Source: Cyanophora paradoxa CCMP329 (taxonomy: Eukaryota > Plantae > Glaucophyta). From it: a DNA stretch of 64,000 nt. The stretch spans positions 151,077 to 215,076 of the forward strand of contig QPMI01000627.1 in the NCBI GenBank assembly GCA_004431415.1, written 5' to 3'. Made by a program: the position numbers and the translations under genes. Shown here piece by piece: positions 60,531-64,000 of the stretch (positions are counted from its first letter, which is position 1; every line of letters starts with the position of its first letter). A model generated the notes under the pieces. That model ran no database searches, was not told the DNA's origin, and worked only from the letters and a program-made list of their open reading frames with translations.

Positions 60531-60569
60531 CAAACCCCGAAATTATTTTCTCCGGTAAATATAAAAGCG

Positions 60570-60884
60570 ATGGAGGGTGAAAAGCATTTCGTTGACATTC
60601 CGTATGATAAAAAAGACGTTGCGAAATCCCTCGGTGGAAAGTGGGATCGTGAGAATTCATGCTGGTATGTCACGAAGAAAGATCACCCCCTATGCTCTCA
60701 GTTCAAAACTCTAAGCTATGAGCAAGTGTATCAAAGAAACGTGAAGGTTTACCTCGATATTCCTTATGAATTTAAGGATCAAGCGAAGGCTGAGAGAGCC
60801 CGCTGGGATCCCGTCATGCGATGCTGGTATGTCATGGGTCTCGATCACCCGCTAATGGGCAAGTTTCCGATCAAGGAACATTAA
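60570..60884 (+). CDS. Tandem DUF5710-like domain protein
   Basis: Two repeats (F/Y)xDIPYxxKDxAKxxxxxWDxxxxCWYV. Confidence 0.8.
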   Translation: MEGEKHFVDIPYDKKDVAKSLGGKWDRENSCWYVTKKDHPLCSQFKTLSYEQVYQRNVKVYLDIPYEFKDQAKAERARWDPVMRCWYVMGLDHPLMGKFPIKEH

Positions 60885-60909
60885 ATGTATATGTCGCTTT
60901 TTTCATTTT

Positions 60910-61302
60910 TTATGAAATTGGGAACCTTTGCTCGACCTGTAAGTCCCACTTTCGAACTTTCAGCCTTTCTTGTATGAGTTCGTTAATGTCCCGTGCTATA
61001 CCCATTGTCTTCGCTTCGGCATTTGAGCCGCATGTAAAGATATCGATCGCTAATAGCCCCTGGTCGCTGTAAGAGTGAGCTGTCGCATGCGACTCATCTA
61101 ATAGAAAGCCAATCGCGAAACCGGGAGGGGAAATAGAGCCATCGAAAATGCATGTGTGCTGGTGCACGATGCGCATCTTGCGATCTGTTATATATTGCGA
61201 TAGGTTCGCTGTGATCCACTCGGCGCATGCCTCCGGGGACTCGGTGAACGGGTCGGTTATATAGTCCAGCATTACGTGGTAGCCGCGGTATCGGGAATCC
61301 AT
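60910..61302 (-). CDS. speD: Prokaryotic-type (class 1B) S-adenosylmethionine decarboxylase proenzyme
   Basis: GYHVMLD, PPGF..LLDESHATAHSY..LAIDIFTCG; the E-S autocleavage site, downstream His and FTCG Cys are conserved. Confidence 0.88.
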   Translation of the reverse strand: MDSRYRGYHVMLDYITDPFTESPEACAEWITANLSQYITDRKMRIVHQHTCIFDGSISPPGFAIGFLLDESHATAHSYSDQGLLAIDIFTCGSNAEAKTMGIARDINELIQERLKVRKWDLQVEQRFPIS

Positions 61303-61690
61303 TATTATTTAAGTCGATATTTTTGTGAGCTATGTGGTTTCGTAGCCGCCAAATCGCGCCCTTTGCGAATCAGACCGCGCCGCTTTGTAGTAGCGTAGAA
61401 CTACTCTATACGCGCACGGTTGCAAAGTATGACTAGTGGAGCCTCATGGGAACGCGCGCCGGCTCTCAGAATGTAGCGGACACCTCGATTTTCGGGCACT
61501 TGTGCCTATGGCGAATTTGCACTTCTTGCCACGGTTGAGTTAGCTAGTCAAACTAGCACCAACATGCCCGGAATCAAGTTGTGAGCACGTAGCAATTGAG
61601 AGCGCGCCGAGATCGGCTTCCTGTCCAAAGTTATGCGGGGAAAACGGAAGGGGGGGTCTCCGCGAAGTCGCGATCGCCGGTGTTATCGAG

Positions 61691-61734
61691 TCGGGACTCG
61701 GGACTCGGGACTCGGGGCTCGGGACTCGGGACTC
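61691..61734. repeat. (TCGGGAC)6 heptamer array
   Basis: Direct reading; one unit is TCGGGGC. Confidence 0.9.
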
Positions 61735-62123
61735 CAACTTTGCAACTTAAAATGCAACTGGCAAGTGTCATACTATGATAGTATAGGCTACCGCCGACCG
61801 CCGAGTTGGCTCAGCGGCTCACCGAGTCACTGGGAGTCAGAGGCTTAGAGCCCCGCGATCGCATTTTTAAAAACTATGCATTTTACACATTATTTTTTGA
61901 GCCTATGAAACTTATATGGACGTGCTAGCCTCGTTAAGACGGTCACGGCGCTATTTTCAGTTTTGCAGGGTGATGAGCTGGTGATGAGATACAAGCGTTT
62001 GACGATTTCCATCGAAAATCGGTGTTTTGGTATCCCCCTTTCGCTTTTCCCGTATGCCCCCTTTCGCCGATTGAATTGTGTGCGTTTTTGATTGGACACC
62101 GTAACCTGAGCACGCTTTATTAT

Positions 62124-62428
62124 AGCCAATCCTGATCCTGTCAGCCTGTCCTCAGCCAATCCCGATCCTGTCAGCCTGTCATCAGCCAATCCTGATCCTG
62201 TCAGCCTATACTATCAGCCGATACTATCACCCTGTCAGCCTATACTATCAGCCTGTCAGCCTATACTATCAGCCTGTCAGCCTATACTATCAGCCTGTCA
62301 GCCTATACTATCACCCTGTCAGCCTATACTATCACCCTGTCAGCCTATACTATCACCCTGTCAGCCTACTGTCAGTCTACTGTCAGCCTACTATCAGCCT
62401 ACTCTCAGCCTACTGTCAGCCTACTATC
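62124..62428. repeat. Graded tandem array (30-bp x3, 21-bp x~7, 11-bp x~6) built on a TCAGCC core
   Basis: Units AGCCAATCCTGATCCTGTCAGCCTGTCxTC, TGTCAGCCTATACTATCA(G/C)CC and TGTCAGCCTAC. Confidence 0.9.
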
Positions 62429-62728
62429 GATGATCTCTTATCACATTACGATCAGCCATAACAGCTAATTTATCACATTACGATCAGACAACGTAAAAAT
62501 ACTACGCTATCGCATGCTATATGTTTTCGGAATCGCCGCGATGTGATGACCCCGAATACGTCGGTGACGCCGGTATATATATGTATATGTCGCCATATGA
62601 GAAAAAAAACAAACAAAAAACAAAAAATTCGGTTGTGCGCTGGATCACACACACGGAGGTTCGGACATATATACGAAATATATACATGACTAAATCGTTA
62701 TTGTTTTCATAGAACTCGCATGTAGTTT

Positions 62729-63587
62729 GCATGTATCTTGCATAGTGGGCGGGGCGCGAGTGGTTCCAGTGCATTAAATGGAACATTTCGATTGAAGTCG
62801 CGAGTTTGTGCAGGTGGGCATTTTCGGCATGCTTGCTCATGCACATACTCGCTTTAAAAAATATAAAATGAAATTCGGTTTAACTCTTACGAGTTTTGCT
62901 ATAACACTCTCGGCATTGATAGTTGAGACCATCCTTCGTTCTTTGTCTTTTATTAAACTCACTTGCAAGCTTCTCAATCTTGCAGTGCGAGCATATCTTC
63001 GATTGTACTTCGATCTTCGGACGCGTTTTTAACACGAAATGATAAAGGTAATTGTGATAGTCTCGGTCGCAAACTTTGCACCTCCAATTCAAAAGTACAT
63101 TCCCTGAGCTACCTACGCTTTTGCAATGCATAACTCGATGCCGGTTTTACCTTATCGCAAACATTGCACCGCTTAGTCTCAGGTAGATTTACTTGATTGC
63201 TTGCCATTGTTACAGTATATTAACTGGAAGTCTTTAAGTGGGGATCACTTGTTTAATTGGTGGGCTCACCTTGATTTTTCAATTTGGGTAACTGAAAACA
63301 GTCCGGAAACGATCGGGAACATTTCGTAAAAATGAGGGTCTTACTGTCCTTACTGAGAGATCGGGGAAAGTTAAAGGGCTTACTGGGAATGGTAAGGAAT
63401 TAGAAAAATGAAGAATGAAAGGGTTTCGTGATTGGTTTCAGTAAGGAAGGGTTAGATGTTTGAAAAATACAATGTGGCTCAGTGCGAATTTGTGATTTTG
63501 TGACTGAGATTCGTGATGCTGAAAATGTGCTTATTGAAAATGGTCGCGGGAAGGTCGCGCAATTGGTGGGGTGACCACCCTGCGAGC
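62729..63587 (-). repeat. Right terminal inverted repeat
   Basis: Ends GTGACCACCCTGCGAGC, followed by TSD CCTCCT. Confidence 0.97.
62880..63207 (-). pseudogene. Right-TIR copy of the zinc-finger gene, frameshifted by a 4-nt insertion
   Basis: GCTACCTACG at ~63108-63117 versus GCTACG in the left-TIR complement. Confidence 0.85.
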
Positions 63588-63593
63588 CCTCCT

Positions 63594-63858
63594 CAAGCGC
63601 CGGAGACTACTTGTCAGTAACCGCCTACGTTCCGAACGCGGCCGATAAGCAGGCCGAGCTCGGGAAGCCTCGCAGTTCGGCGACTTCGTCCTCCCCTCCG
63701 CGCCCTCCCGTTTCGATGCGGCGCGTTTAGATTTCTTTTTCACATCGATCGCCCTTGCAGAGCGCCTCGTCGACCGTCGGAAGCGGGAATCGACCTCTAC
63801 GCGCGCGGTCTCCATCGAACTTCATCATGACGCCGCAATCCCCTGCCCGCCGCCTTAA
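63594..63858 (+). pseudogene. Decayed APE/EEP endonuclease, 3' part
   Basis: KRRRLLV / TAYVPN (YaP motif), FGDF and ARLDFFFTS (rIDyif.s motif), with frameshifts. Confidence 0.55.
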
Positions 63859-64000
63859 GCTCGCTTTCGCCTCACTTCGATGATCACTTCCTCCGCTTGC
63901 AGAGCCTCGCGGCGGGCTGGACTCGCGGACTCTGGACTGTGTTCCGTCTCGATTCCATCCTCGCCCAGCGTGGCACACCATCCGGTATGGCGACCCCGCT

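Larger units (their letters stand above)
38801..63587. mobile_element. Complete endogenous Polinton-like virus (Maverick/PLV), 24,787 bp
   Basis: ~858-bp TIRs; 6-bp TSD CCTCCT (38795-38800 and 63588-63593); MCP, two pentons, packaging ATPase, rve integrase and PolB-like/helicase gene; intronless, gene-dense, visibly lower GC than the host. Confidence 0.96.

Noticed and set aside
62124-62428. Possible CRISPR-like array
   Set aside because: Pure tandem repeats with no unique spacers and no cas genes.

Overview
The window has two parts. About 1-38.8 kb is GC-rich, intron-dense eukaryotic (protist/algal-type) nuclear DNA with GTGCG...CAG introns. It holds a Cys-rich repeat surface protein, a PPR protein, a flavin-reductase-like gene, an F-box/LRR gene, an Sfi1-repeat-like gene, two unknown genes and several MITEs/retroposed fragments. 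From 38801 to 63587 lies a complete, lower-GC, intronless 24,787-bp endogenous Polinton-like virus (PLV). It has ~858-bp terminal inverted repeats and a 6-bp target-site duplication (CCTCCT), and is inserted into a decayed LINE-type endonuclease ORF. The virus encodes a double-jelly-roll major capsid protein, two divergently transcribed pentons, an A32-like packaging ATPase and an rve integrase with D-D(35)-N instead of D-D(35)-E. It also encodes a ~1436-aa PolB-like/SF1-helicase/HNH fusion, three fibre-like proteins (one with an autocleaving chaperone, one with a C-terminal transmembrane helix), a patatin-discoidin fusion, an HNH-AP2 endonuclease and a stand-alone prokaryotic-type S-adenosylmethionine decarboxylase. 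Five internal frameshifts are each repaired by adding one base, mostly at short runs, so the element may be essentially intact. All protein calls come from motif recognition by eye; no database searches were run, and host exon coordinates are approximate.
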